NCBI GenBank assembly: GCA_035380865.1
Contig: DAOSYA010000001.1
Coordinates: 61,044 to 125,043, forward strand
DNA: 64,000 bases
Reading direction: 5' to 3'
Source of the DNA: a bacterium
Lineage (GTDB): Bacteria > UBP15 > UBA6099
Below, in pieces: positions 18,453 through 28,092 of this stretch. The notes under the pieces were generated by a model. That model was not told the DNA's origin, did not search any database, and was given only the letters and a program-made list of their open reading frames with translations. Both the position numbers and the translations under genes were made by a program. Each line of letters opens with the position of its first letter. Position 1 is the first letter of the stretch.

Positions 18453-19583
18453 ATGAAAGTTGTAATCGCATCGAATCCTTTCAAGGGCAGCCTTTCAGGA
18501 ATTGAAGTGGCGGATCGCATCGCGGCGGGGTTCAAATCAGGGATGGGGCGTGTGTCCGTCGATAAGGTGCCCATAGCGGACGGCGGCGACGGAACGCTTG
18601 ACGCGGTGGCTTCGAGCGTCAAGTCGGAGCGGATATTCAAAAGGGTCAGGTATCCACTCGGCAATAGCGGGAAGGCCGATTACCTGCTTGTGGACGGCGG
18701 GAAAACCGGCGTGGTCGAGATGGCCCGCGCATCCGGGCTTGCCCTGTTGAAGGATAGCGAGCGTGACCCGGTTAAAGCCACAACTTTCGGAACGGGGCAG
18801 TTGATCAAAGACGCCCTGGACAGGGGCGTTAAAAGAATAATTGTCGGGATCGGGGGGAGCGCGACGAATGACGGCGGGATGGGAATAGCCGCCGCGCTTG
18901 GTTGCAGGTTTCTCGATTCAAAAGGAAAACCGGTTGCGCCGTGTGGTGGCGGTTTGAGCCGGGTTGCGAGAATAGATATGGGAAAGCGCCACCCGGGGGT
19001 GGCCGGGGTTGAGATTCTGGTCGCTTCCGATGTTACGAATCCGCTGCTGGGCGAGAACGGGGCGGCGGCTGTGTATTCACCGCAGAAAGGGGCTTCGCCC
19101 GCGCAGGTGAGGCAGCTCGACGCGGGGCTTGAGCATCTTGCCGATGTTGTGCTTGCCGATCTTGGAAAAGATCTGCGTGATTACCCCGGCGCGGGAGCCG
19201 CGGGCGGCACAGGTTACGGGTTGATGACTTTTCTGGAAGCGAGACTCCAGTCGGGCATTGATCTTATGATCGACATAACGCAACTGGAGAAGCGGGTTAA
19301 GGCCGCCGACCTGGTTGTGACCGGGGAAGGTTTTATGGATTCGCAGTCCGCGCAGGGGAAAGCTCCATACGGTGTGTTGAAGCTTGCGAAAAAGTATAAA
19401 AAGCCGGTCATTGCCTTCTGTGGCGGGCTGGTGGAGGAAGATAGCCTGAACAGGGCGGGGTTCACCGCGGTGTTCCCGATAGTCGATAAGCCGATGGCGC
19501 TCGACAGAGCGATTGCCGAAGGCGGCCCGCTGCTCGAAGCGGCTGCGCGGAGGGCGGCGCGGTTGATCAAAGCGTTTATGTGA
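18453..19583 (+). CDS. glycerate kinase
   Basis: MKVVIASNPFKGSLSG...IADGGDGTLD...IVGIGGSATNDGG...DLVVTGEG. The start is taken at the internal ATG after the sugar-transferase stop. Confidence 0.85.
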   Translation: MKVVIASNPFKGSLSGIEVADRIAAGFKSGMGRVSVDKVPIADGGDGTLDAVASSVKSERIFKRVRYPLGNSGKADYLLVDGGKTGVVEMARASGLALLKDSERDPVKATTFGTGQLIKDALDRGVKRIIVGIGGSATNDGGMGIAAALGCRFLDSKGKPVAPCGGGLSRVARIDMGKRHPGVAGVEILVASDVTNPLLGENGAAAVYSPQKGASPAQVRQLDAGLEHLADVVLADLGKDLRDYPGAGAAGGTGYGLMTFLEARLQSGIDLMIDITQLEKRVKAADLVVTGEGFMDSQSAQGKAPYGVLKLAKKYKKPVIAFCGGLVEEDSLNRAGFTAVFPIVDKPMALDRAIAEGGPLLEAAARRAARLIKAFM

Positions 19584-19594
19584 TTGGACGATTC

Positions 19595-20308
19595 ATGGGA
19601 GATACGCTTGTAATTCTGCCTACTTTCAATGAGCGGGACAATATAATCGGCGTTCTGGAAGGTGTTCTGGGGCAGGGGGAACGGTACGAGGCCCTTGTGG
19701 TTGATGACATGTCGCCGGATGGTACCGCCGAGGCTGTGCGCGGAAGGTTCGGTTCGGACGCGCGGGTGCATCTGATCGAGCGCGAAGGCCCGAAGGGAAG
19801 AGGACATGCGGGTGCGGCGGGGTTCCGCTGGGGGCTTGAGAGGGATTACAAATATATATTTGAAATGGATGCGGACGGGTCGCATGGGCCCGAGTATCTG
19901 AATGCGATGAGCGATGCGCTGAAAGAGGCCGATGTTGCGATAGCGTCGCGGCTTGTTCCGGGCGGCGGTGAGAGCGGCAGGAGTTTTATCCGTGGCTGGA
20001 TAACCAGCGCGGCGAATGCGTATCTGCGGGTTGTCCTGGGGCTGGCTGTCAGGGATTGCACGACGGGCTACCGGGGGTTCAGGCGCGAGGCGCTGCAGGC
20101 GGTGCCGTGGGACAGGGTTTGCTCGCCCGGTCCTTCGATTGTGCAGGAAATACTTTATGCCGTGATCAGCCGGGGTTTCGTTGCAAAGGAAGTGCCTTTC
20201 ATGTTCCGCGAGCGGATTGCAGGCGAATCGAAACTGAATTTCGGGAAGCTGGTTGCCGGGCTTGTTGAAGCGTTCAGAATAAGAAGAAGAATGAGTCCGC
20301 GGATATAA
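19595..20308 (+). CDS. GT2 glycosyltransferase, polyprenol-phosphate mannose/glucose synthase (DPM1)-like
   Basis: LVILPTFNERDNI, VVDDMSPDGT and FEMDADGSH (DxD region). GTG 19580, which overlaps the upstream stop, is an alternative start. Confidence 0.8.
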   Translation: MGDTLVILPTFNERDNIIGVLEGVLGQGERYEALVVDDMSPDGTAEAVRGRFGSDARVHLIEREGPKGRGHAGAAGFRWGLERDYKYIFEMDADGSHGPEYLNAMSDALKEADVAIASRLVPGGGESGRSFIRGWITSAANAYLRVVLGLAVRDCTTGYRGFRREALQAVPWDRVCSPGPSIVQEILYAVISRGFVAKEVPFMFRERIAGESKLNFGKLVAGLVEAFRIRRRMSPRI

Positions 20309-20344
20309 AGCGCAAAGGAGCTTTGAAGCGGTCGGGTGGATTTG

Positions 20345-20968
20345 ATGCGTGATATTGTTACTAAAATAGTGTATTCGCTGGTGTTGCCGGCGCTGGTGAT
20401 CGCGCTTTTCTATTACACTTATACAACTGTTTTCCGACCGCCCGAGCAAAGAAACGATCCGGTGGAGGTAAAACAGGAGGAGCCGCGCGAGGATGTCGAG
20501 GACCCCATGCTGCCTGATGTGAGCGTAACACGTCCGGAAATTTCTCATTATGTAGATGGAGAGGTTAAGTGGACTGTTACTGCGGAGTCGGTGAAATCGG
20601 ATTCAGCATCGGGGATAACCGAGTTAAGAGAATCCGAGGCGAAATTCATACGTGAAGAAGAAAGCGAGCTTGATTTCGAGGCGCCTCTGACTTTTTATGA
20701 CACAAAGGAAAAAAGGGTCAGCCTGGAAGGCGGGATAGCGGGCAGGATGGTTCCCGAGCAGCATGAGATATCGGCGTCGAGGGTTGATTGGCGGGAAAAG
20801 ACGGGAGTACTCACCGCGAGCGATGTCAGGGTCGATTTTGAAGGCGCACGGGTGGAAGGCGGCACGATGGAGATTAAGCCGGATGAAAAGACAGTTGCGT
20901 TCAGCGGCGATGTAATCATAGAAATTCCTGTCGAGAAGCTGGAAGTTAATGGAAAAGAAAACATGTGA
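20345..20968 (+). CDS. membrane-anchored hypothetical protein
   Basis: A single N-terminal TM helix (IVYSLVLPALVIALFYYTY) precedes a soluble domain. No motif I can name. Confidence 0.45.
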   Translation: MRDIVTKIVYSLVLPALVIALFYYTYTTVFRPPEQRNDPVEVKQEEPREDVEDPMLPDVSVTRPEISHYVDGEVKWTVTAESVKSDSASGITELRESEAKFIREEESELDFEAPLTFYDTKEKRVSLEGGIAGRMVPEQHEISASRVDWREKTGVLTASDVRVDFEGARVEGGTMEIKPDEKTVAFSGDVIIEIPVEKLEVNGKENM

Positions 20969-21815
20969 AAGACATCCCGACCGTGAAGCTTCGGGATTTT
21001 GCGCGGTATGCGGCGCCCCGGTCTGCCCGGAGTGCGAGAGGCTTTACGGCGGGAAAACATATTGCGCGAAATGCCTGAAAAAGGGTAAAAAGGCCGCAGT
21101 TTTGCTAAAGAAAAAAGGCCCGAATGCGGATCGGCAGCCCGGGGCTGAGGTTGAGGGAGATGCTGAAGAAGGAAAGCCGCGAGCGGGAGCAAGAGAAAAG
21201 ATATCAGCCGGTTTGAAATCGATAAAACCGGGCAGATTGAAGCTTCAAAAGGAAGCGGCCAGGATTCTGGCAAAGGCGATCGATTTCATTTTGATTATTA
21301 TGATAACGATGCCGGTATCGTGGCTTTTCAGGCTGATCTCGATGGGCTGGATGTCCGATGTAGGCGGGATAGGATACAGGTTGAGCGTCTATGTGGCTTT
21401 GATAACGGTCGCGTCGTTATATTTCATAATCTCGCACAGTATTTCCGGCTGTACGATAGGGAAATGGCTGTTCGGTGTCAGGGTGGTGCTGTATGGGGGA
21501 GGCGGGAAGATAACGGTTTCGTCGGCGTTCTGGCGCTGGATAGGTTTTCTGGCCGCATTTTCATGGGCTTATGTAGGATACTCTTTAATGAGCGTTACGC
21601 TTAACTGGGCAGCTATTCTGAGGGGTAAACTGCCTGATTATTATTTCGGTTTTCTTGGCGTGGCGGGCATTGCTTGTGTTATTATGTTTTCTCTTGGATT
21701 ACTGATAACATTTGTAGGGAAATACAAGAGGGGATTTCATGATCTGTTAGGCGGGACGATAGTCGAGCGGATTGAAGATAAAAGGAGAACTGCGGATGAG
21801 AGTAAAAGTGGATAA
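20949..21815 (+). CDS. RDD-family membrane protein with N-terminal B-box-type zinc finger
   Basis: CERHPDREASGFCAVCGAPVCPECERLYGGKTYCAKC is followed by a K/E-rich linker. The RDD-type membrane domain ends in KRGFHDLLGGTIV. Confidence 0.7.
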   Translation: MEKKTCERHPDREASGFCAVCGAPVCPECERLYGGKTYCAKCLKKGKKAAVLLKKKGPNADRQPGAEVEGDAEEGKPRAGAREKISAGLKSIKPGRLKLQKEAARILAKAIDFILIIMITMPVSWLFRLISMGWMSDVGGIGYRLSVYVALITVASLYFIISHSISGCTIGKWLFGVRVVLYGGGGKITVSSAFWRWIGFLAAFSWAYVGYSLMSVTLNWAAILRGKLPDYYFGFLGVAGIACVIMFSLGLLITFVGKYKRGFHDLLGGTIVERIEDKRRTADESKSG

Positions 21816-23142
21816 ATACCCGGGAGCGGGCATAAAGAACGGGAAACTGACTTTCGGCGGTGCCGACACGGTGGCGCTCGCGAAGAAGTTCGGAACACCG
21901 TTATATGTTCTTGACGAGGAAACGCTGCGTGGGCATTGCCGGGCATACCGGGAAGCTTTCGAGAAAAGATATGAAAACGTGAAGATATTGTTTGCGACCA
22001 AGTCGAACGCGATGCTCGCCGTCCTCAGCATAATGACTCAGGAAGGGTTGGGGCTTGATGCGGCCAGCATAGGAGAGTTGTCGGGCGCGGCGCGTGCCGG
22101 CGCGGATTTCGGCAATGTGTTATTACATGGCAACTACAAGAAAGAAGATGAAATCAAAAAAGCGCTCATGTGGGGTGTCGGAAGGATCGTTCTTGATTCA
22201 GAATTCGAGGCGGACACGGTCGACCGTGTTGCGCGGAAGATGAAAATGAAGGCAAGGGTAATGCTTCGCGTTACGCCCGGGGTGGAAGCCCATGTGCATG
22301 AAATGGTGCAGGTTGGAAAGCTGGATTCGAAATTCGGCGTCCCTATCGAAGGTGGCGCCGCGCTCGGGCTTATAGGATACATATTGAAAAAACGGAATCT
22401 CGATTTCTGCGGGATTCATTATCATATAGGCTCGCAGATACTGGAGGCCGAACCTTTCAAAAAGGCTGTGAGAATCGGCGTCGAGTTTATCGCGAAGATT
22501 TGTAATACGTATGCTATTGAAATAAAGGATTTTGATATCGGCGGAGGTTTTCCCGTAAGGTATTCCACGGACCAGGTGATGCCGAAGCCGGAGAAATTCG
22601 CTGCGGTCATTTGCGGTGAGTTGAAAAAAGGGATAAAGGAGTTCGGGTTTGCTCCTCCGAGGTTGCTGCTGGAGCCGGGAAGAGGGCTGGCGGGGCCTGC
22701 GGGAATTACGCTTTACACCATAGGGCCTGTGAAGCGGATACCGGGAGTCAGGAATTATGTCGCGGTCGACGGCGGGCTTTCGGACAATCCGAGACCCGCG
22801 CTTTACGGTTCTCTATATGAAGCTGTGATTGCAAACAAACCCGATTCGCGATCCGGTGTGAAGAAGTTCCGGGTGAGCGGGCGGCATTGCGAAACCGACA
22901 CGCTGATTCCTGAAATCGATCTGCCGGACCCGGCAACCGGCGATGTGATGGCCGTGTTTTCAACAGGGGCTTACACATATTCAATGTCGGGGAATTACAA
23001 TAAGTTCCCGCGGCCCGCAACGGTTCTTATAAGGAACGGCAAGGCGGAACTGGTTGTCAGAAGGGAAACGCTGGAAGATCTGTATGCGTGCGACATTCTA
23101 ACATCGAGATTAAAAAATGCAGGCAGAAAAAGTAAAAAATAA
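21796..23142 (+). CDS. lysA: diaminopimelate decarboxylase
   Basis: GTPLYVLDEETLR, FATKSNAMLAVL (PLP Lys), DIGGGF, EPGRGLAGPAG and SGRHCETD. ATG 21796 lies behind AAGGAG. Confidence 0.9.
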   Translation: MRVKVDKYPGAGIKNGKLTFGGADTVALAKKFGTPLYVLDEETLRGHCRAYREAFEKRYENVKILFATKSNAMLAVLSIMTQEGLGLDAASIGELSGAARAGADFGNVLLHGNYKKEDEIKKALMWGVGRIVLDSEFEADTVDRVARKMKMKARVMLRVTPGVEAHVHEMVQVGKLDSKFGVPIEGGAALGLIGYILKKRNLDFCGIHYHIGSQILEAEPFKKAVRIGVEFIAKICNTYAIEIKDFDIGGGFPVRYSTDQVMPKPEKFAAVICGELKKGIKEFGFAPPRLLLEPGRGLAGPAGITLYTIGPVKRIPGVRNYVAVDGGLSDNPRPALYGSLYEAVIANKPDSRSGVKKFRVSGRHCETDTLIPEIDLPDPATGDVMAVFSTGAYTYSMSGNYNKFPRPATVLIRNGKAELVVRRETLEDLYACDILTSRLKNAGRKSKK

Positions 23143-23911
23143 AAAGAAGGCTCTTTACGGCGCATTATCTGTATTGATGCTTTTACTGATATTTCTGAGC
23201 CCCGGTTGCGGCGGTGTCAGATATAAGCTGCCCAAAGGGAAAACGCTTTTTTATGAATTCGCCACAAGCCGGAGAATTGTTGAAGAAGACAAGGTTGTGG
23301 AAAGAGGCGAAGAGAGGAGAGCTATCGAGATACGTCTCAAAGTGAGGCAGAGTCTTCCGCAGGGATATGCCTGCACGATTTCGGCACACGGCATGGAAGG
23401 CGCACGGCATTCAGTTGTTGGAGAATCGCTGGGGAGTCTCAAATTCATGCTTGATAAAAAGGGTAGGGTTTTTAACGCAACAGGAATGGGATTGCCGTCG
23501 GCGCTGGATATCAAGAGATTTTTGCTTGAGTTACCCCGTGGCTCGGTGAGACCCGGCAGGAAATGGAACGATGTGATGGGGATGGATTTCCTGGGAATAC
23601 CGAGAGAAGTCGATATAGAGACCACCTACACTGGAATAGAAAGGTATTCTGGAAGGCCGTGTCATCATTTTTTAACTGAAGGAACCTTCCAGATCACGGA
23701 TGTTGTGAACAAGCCGGAATATGATTTGCTTGTTGATGTTACAGTGAATTATATATTTGAACAGCATAACTATCTGTCGAAAAAGGGATATCCGCTTTAT
23801 CTTTTGATCAATGATGGATACACTGTCGATTTTGTGGAGAGAGGAACAGGGGAGACGAAGAGAAGAGAAGCGACGCAGAAACACGAATATATCTTTATGA
23901 GGATGGAATGA
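23117..23911 (+). CDS. hypothetical lipoprotein
   Basis: The signal sequence ends in a lipobox-like FLSPGCG. No other motif. Confidence 0.5.
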   Translation: MQAEKVKNKKKALYGALSVLMLLLIFLSPGCGGVRYKLPKGKTLFYEFATSRRIVEEDKVVERGEERRAIEIRLKVRQSLPQGYACTISAHGMEGARHSVVGESLGSLKFMLDKKGRVFNATGMGLPSALDIKRFLLELPRGSVRPGRKWNDVMGMDFLGIPREVDIETTYTGIERYSGRPCHHFLTEGTFQITDVVNKPEYDLLVDVTVNYIFEQHNYLSKKGYPLYLLINDGYTVDFVERGTGETKRREATQKHEYIFMRME

Positions 23912-25206
23912 ATTTATCGGGTGAACTGAGAACCAGAATCAGGGCTGATGTAATTCAGTCTCTGATAAAAATGGGAGCGGTCGCAGAAAAGAGCGGTTGC
24001 AGGCTCTGCCTTGTCGGCGGTGTTGTGCGCGATATTGTTTTAAATGGCACAAGCGTGGATGCCGATCTTGTCCTCGAAGGCGATGCGATAGAATTCGCGA
24101 GAAAAGCGGCGGCGTTTCTTGAAATGGATTATGTCCAGCACAAGGTTTTCGGAACAGCTACACTGGAAGCCCGGAACGGACTGAAATTCGATATAGCTAC
24201 AGCGAGACATGAGGAATATCCGGAACCCGGCTCTCTGCCGAAGGTGAAGCCCGCAACGATCGAGGCCGATCTTAAAAGACGTGATTTTACTATAAATGCG
24301 ATGGCCGTGAGCTTGAATCCATCCGAATTCGGGGAATTGATAGATCCTTTTGGGGGGCTCGACGATATTCAGGCAAAAAAATTAAGGATCCTGCATTCGA
24401 AGAGTTTTGTTGATGATCCTACCCGAATTTTCAGGGGTATCAGGTTCGCGGGACGGCTGGAATTCGAGTTCGAGAAAGCCACGCTGAAGAAGCTGAAAGA
24501 GGCTGTTGCAGGCAGGGCTTTCGATTGTATATCAGGGCAGAGGATAAAGAACGAACTCAAGCTTATATTTCAGGATGCAGGCAGAGTCCGGGCTATAATT
24601 ATGCTTCAGGAACTTGGGATTGATGGCGCTGTCGTAGAAGGCTTCAGAGCCAATTATGATCTTTTCTATCCCATAGACAGGGCAAGAAAATCCTGGGATA
24701 TAATGATAAAACATCCCGAGGGATTCGAGGCTGAAGAGTGGATGGTATATCTTGCTTCGCTGTCTGTCGGCAATTCTCTTGAAACTCTCGTAAGTTTTGC
24801 AAAAAGGATAAGCGCAACGAGGCATGAAGCGGGAGTTTTGTTAAGGCTTTGCGAGACGGACAAGCCGGATTATGTTTCGGTGATGAAAACAGACGAGGCA
24901 AGGCCTTCGCAGGTTGCGGATATAATGGAGAAACTTCCGTTTGAAATTTCGGTTTGCCGTTTCGCTGCCGGCGATGAAGCGGAGCGAAAAAACATCGAGT
25001 ATTATTTTGACCGGACCGCAAGAAGCGGGCTTGAGATCGGAGGGGACGACCTGATAAAAAAGGGTTATCCGGAGAATCAGAAAATAGGGCTGGCTCTAAA
25101 AGAAGTGTTGAGGCGTAAAAGGGATGGCCTGGTGAGCGGGGCAAAAGAAGAGATGGAACTTGCGGAAATGCTGCTGAGGAATACAGACAATGAATCTATC
25201 GGGTGA
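23908..25206 (+). CDS. CCA-adding enzyme / poly(A) polymerase-family tRNA nucleotidyltransferase
   Basis: LVGGVVRDIVL...DADLVLEGD and RRDFTINAMA head-domain motifs. ATGA start/stop overlap with the upstream gene. Confidence 0.8.
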   Translation: MNLSGELRTRIRADVIQSLIKMGAVAEKSGCRLCLVGGVVRDIVLNGTSVDADLVLEGDAIEFARKAAAFLEMDYVQHKVFGTATLEARNGLKFDIATARHEEYPEPGSLPKVKPATIEADLKRRDFTINAMAVSLNPSEFGELIDPFGGLDDIQAKKLRILHSKSFVDDPTRIFRGIRFAGRLEFEFEKATLKKLKEAVAGRAFDCISGQRIKNELKLIFQDAGRVRAIIMLQELGIDGAVVEGFRANYDLFYPIDRARKSWDIMIKHPEGFEAEEWMVYLASLSVGNSLETLVSFAKRISATRHEAGVLLRLCETDKPDYVSVMKTDEARPSQVADIMEKLPFEISVCRFAAGDEAERKNIEYYFDRTARSGLEIGGDDLIKKGYPENQKIGLALKEVLRRKRDGLVSGAKEEMELAEMLLRNTDNESIG

Positions 25207-25867
25207 CAGGTTAATATTTCTTGTAATATTTTTCCCGTTATTTATGATATCTCTTTCTTTTCATGAATTTGCGCATGCTTATGCTGCTAACAGGGCGGGC
25301 GATCCCACGGCGCGGTTGATGGGCAGAATGACGCTAAACCCGATTGTACATGTCGATCCGATAGGAATGATATTTTTTGTTGTGTCGTTTATGGCGGGGG
25401 TGGGGTTCGGCTGGGCTAAGCCGGTTCCCGTCAATCCGCTGAATTTCAGAAACATGAGGAAAGACGACATAATAGTTTCGTTCGCCGGTGTTGTGGCGAA
25501 TGCGATTTTGATAGTCGCCGGCATTGTTTTAATGAAGATTCTTATTCTTGCCGGTTTCTTTCACATGAGCGGTGGAGCGGTATATGCCACTTCGAACATT
25601 CAGCACTATATATGGCGGATAATGATTCAGTTCCTGGCTTTGAATACGATACTTGTGGTGTTCAACCTGATGCCCATACCGCCGCTGGATGGATCTAAGA
25701 TTCTAATGATGTTGTTGCCGAGAGAAAGCGCGATGATGATACAGCGGATCGAGCCTTTCGGTTTTTTGATAATTCTGGTTTTGCTTATGTCGGGCGTTTT
25801 GGACTTCATATTCGGGATAGCATGGGCTATTATACACTCAATCGCGTTTTTTGTATTCGCGCTTTGA
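25190..25867 (+). CDS. site-2 protease family (M50) membrane metalloprotease
   Basis: HEFAHAYAA (HExxH) and NLMPIPPLDGSK motifs. Polytopic. Confidence 0.8.
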   Translation: MNLSGDRLIFLVIFFPLFMISLSFHEFAHAYAANRAGDPTARLMGRMTLNPIVHVDPIGMIFFVVSFMAGVGFGWAKPVPVNPLNFRNMRKDDIIVSFAGVVANAILIVAGIVLMKILILAGFFHMSGGAVYATSNIQHYIWRIMIQFLALNTILVVFNLMPIPPLDGSKILMMLLPRESAMMIQRIEPFGFLIILVLLMSGVLDFIFGIAWAIIHSIAFFVFAL

Positions 25868-25885
25868 AAGCCGGCGGGAGTAGAA

Positions 25886-26644
25886 ATGATAGTTGAATTC
25901 CGGTTGGATATAACCGGTTACAAAGGTACATATGAACTTCTGATCGAGAACGTTCGCCGCCACGAGGTTGACATCATCGAGGTCAGGTTGTCAGAGGTGG
26001 CGCAGTCGCTGATCGATTTTGTGGGCAAGTCGCCGGAGCTGTTCCTGTTTACTCCTTTTGTCAATCTTTCGCGGCTTATGTATGTTAAATCGCGAAACCT
26101 GCTTCCCTGCGAAGATCCGATAGAGGAACTCGATCTTGAAGAAGATCAGGAAAATGAAGAGCAGGAAGAGCCGACCAGGGTTAGGGAAAGGCTTCTGGAC
26201 CAGTACCAGCAGTTCGTGTCGGTTCGGGACTGGTTCAGGGAACTGGGGTTAGAGAACAGCGAAAGAATAAAGCTTTACCAGACGAAGGAAGGAAGTTTAC
26301 CGGACTTCATCGACGAGATAGTGTTTCTCGAAAAAGTGACTCCTTACGATATTTTGTACACGATGGTTCAGATAAACCGTCGCGCTCTCGAGGATCGTTC
26401 TTATCATGTTAAGATCGATGATGCGCGAATTCTTTCGATGAGGATATCCGAGGTTTTTGATTTTATTGTGGACAGGCGGGGCGAGCCTGTGAGCTTCAAG
26501 GATCTGGTTGAAAAGAAACCGGAGAAAGTGGAAGCCGTGCTCTCGTTTCTCGCTATCGTATATCTTGTCACGCAGGGAAAGATCATAGCGCAGCAGGCAG
26601 CTCCTTACGGAGACATAATTATATCAGTAAAAAAGGTCGATTAG
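25886..26644 (+). CDS. scpA: segregation and condensation protein A
   Basis: Kleisin-like N-terminus (YKGTYELLIENVRRHEVDIIEVRLSEVAQ) and an acidic linker. It sits directly upstream of scpB. Confidence 0.8.
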   Translation: MIVEFRLDITGYKGTYELLIENVRRHEVDIIEVRLSEVAQSLIDFVGKSPELFLFTPFVNLSRLMYVKSRNLLPCEDPIEELDLEEDQENEEQEEPTRVRERLLDQYQQFVSVRDWFRELGLENSERIKLYQTKEGSLPDFIDEIVFLEKVTPYDILYTMVQINRRALEDRSYHVKIDDARILSMRISEVFDFIVDRRGEPVSFKDLVEKKPEKVEAVLSFLAIVYLVTQGKIIAQQAAPYGDIIISVKKVD

Positions 26645-26657
26645 GAGATTATCGGAA

Positions 26658-27179
26658 ATGCTCACCATAGACGAGCTAAGCAAGATTATCGAATGCATAA
26701 TGTTTCTGTCGCCGGGACCCGTGAAAATTGTTGATATAGCAAGGCATCTGGATGTAGAGGAGAGTCTTGTCGGCGAAGCGGTTGGCAGATTGATGTCTCA
26801 GTTCGAAGAACGCGGGCTCGAGATGCGGGCGGTTGCGGGCGGATATGAGCTTGTTACCAGGAGAGAATACGTGGAACACCTCCGCACTTTTTTCGGCGGA
26901 CTGGACAGGACAAGAATCTCACGTGCAGGGCTGGAAACGCTTGCGATAATTTCGTATAAACAGCCTGTCAACCGCGCGGATATCGAGTCGCTGCGGGGAG
27001 TTAATTCATCCGGAGCAATAAAGTCTTTGCTCGATAAAGGCCTGATAAGAATCAGCGGCAGGGATGAAACTCTCGGCAGGCCTTTCCTTTTTTCGACAAC
27101 CCCGGAGTTTCTTTCATTTATCGGCATCAACAGCATTGAGGATCTCCCGCCGATAGAATCGTTCGACAAGAAGACGTGA
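26658..27179 (+). CDS. scpB: segregation and condensation protein B
   Basis: IIECIMFLSPGPV...GYELVTRREY...LSRAGLETLAIISYKQPVNRADIESLRGVNSSGAIKSLLDKGLI. Confidence 0.85.
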   Translation: MLTIDELSKIIECIMFLSPGPVKIVDIARHLDVEESLVGEAVGRLMSQFEERGLEMRAVAGGYELVTRREYVEHLRTFFGGLDRTRISRAGLETLAIISYKQPVNRADIESLRGVNSSGAIKSLLDKGLIRISGRDETLGRPFLFSTTPEFLSFIGINSIEDLPPIESFDKKT

Positions 27180-27246
27180 AACTCCCTGTTTCCTTTCTTT
27201 GGTGATTTTTATAATTCAACAGGACGATTATTCGGTAACTGATTTT

Positions 27247-28092
27247 ATGGATACAAATGAAAAAATATTAAATCTCAGGGCAGATGTGAGGTCGCTTGGA
27301 AGTGCCGTTATCGCTTTTTCGGGCGGAACCGACAGCACTTTGCTTGCGCGTATTGCGTCGGAGGAACTTCCGGGCAGGTTCGTTCTCGTCATGGCGGATT
27401 TCGAGGGTGTTCAGAGGGAAGAGATGCGCCGCGCGGGTGATATCGCTGTTTCGCTGAATTGTGAACTGATAATTGTTAAGCCTGATATGTTGAATAATCC
27501 GGGTTTCGCGGAAAATGGGCCGGAAAGGTGTTATCACTGCAAGAAAAAGCTCATCGAAGAGATAAACACAATAAAGGTTGAACGGGGATATGAGCACATT
27601 GCAGATGGAACGAACGCGGATGATCTGTTGGATTACAGGCCCGGCGCTCGTGCCGCAGCCGAGGCGGGAGTGAAGAATCCCATAGCGGATGCTCTTATGA
27701 GCAAGGAAGAAGTGCGTGTTGTTTCGAAGATGCTCGGATTGCCGAACTGGGAGCTTCCCGCACAGGCGTGTCTTGCTTCCCGTGTAGCGTATGGCATGGA
27801 AATCACGGCTGAAAAGCTCGGACGGATTGAAAAGGCTGAAAAAAAGGTGAAACTCATCACGGGATCGAAAAATGCGAGAGTGAGGGATCATGGAGAGCTT
27901 GCGAGAATAGAATTGTCTCCTGAAACGATCTCGCACGCCGCATCTTCTGAAACCGCGAGGCTGCTTGTTGACGCTCTGGTTGAGCTCGGCTACCATTATA
28001 TTACTTTAGATCTCAGGGGATACAGAACAGGAAGCATGAACGAGTTGCTGGAGGAAGTATCGGCGGAGAAACCGGGGAAAAATGGCAAGTGA
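27247..28092 (+). CDS. larE: ATP-dependent sacrificial sulfur transferase LarE (PP-loop ATPase)
   Basis: PP-loop AFSGGTDSTLLA, CYHCKK and ACLASR. Directly upstream of larB. The start is at the internal ATG (MDTNEK). Confidence 0.8.
   Translation: MDTNEKILNLRADVRSLGSAVIAFSGGTDSTLLARIASEELPGRFVLVMADFEGVQREEMRRAGDIAVSLNCELIIVKPDMLNNPGFAENGPERCYHCKKKLIEEINTIKVERGYEHIADGTNADDLLDYRPGARAAAEAGVKNPIADALMSKEEVRVVSKMLGLPNWELPAQACLASRVAYGMEITAEKLGRIEKAEKKVKLITGSKNARVRDHGELARIELSPETISHAASSETARLLVDALVELGYHYITLDLRGYRTGSMNELLEEVSAEKPGKNGK

Noticed and set aside
19214-20548. 444-aa minus-strand ORF
   Set aside because: It is antisense to the well-supported glycerate kinase and GT2 genes. Its Arg/Pro/His/Ser-rich composition is typical of a shadow frame in GC-rich coding DNA.
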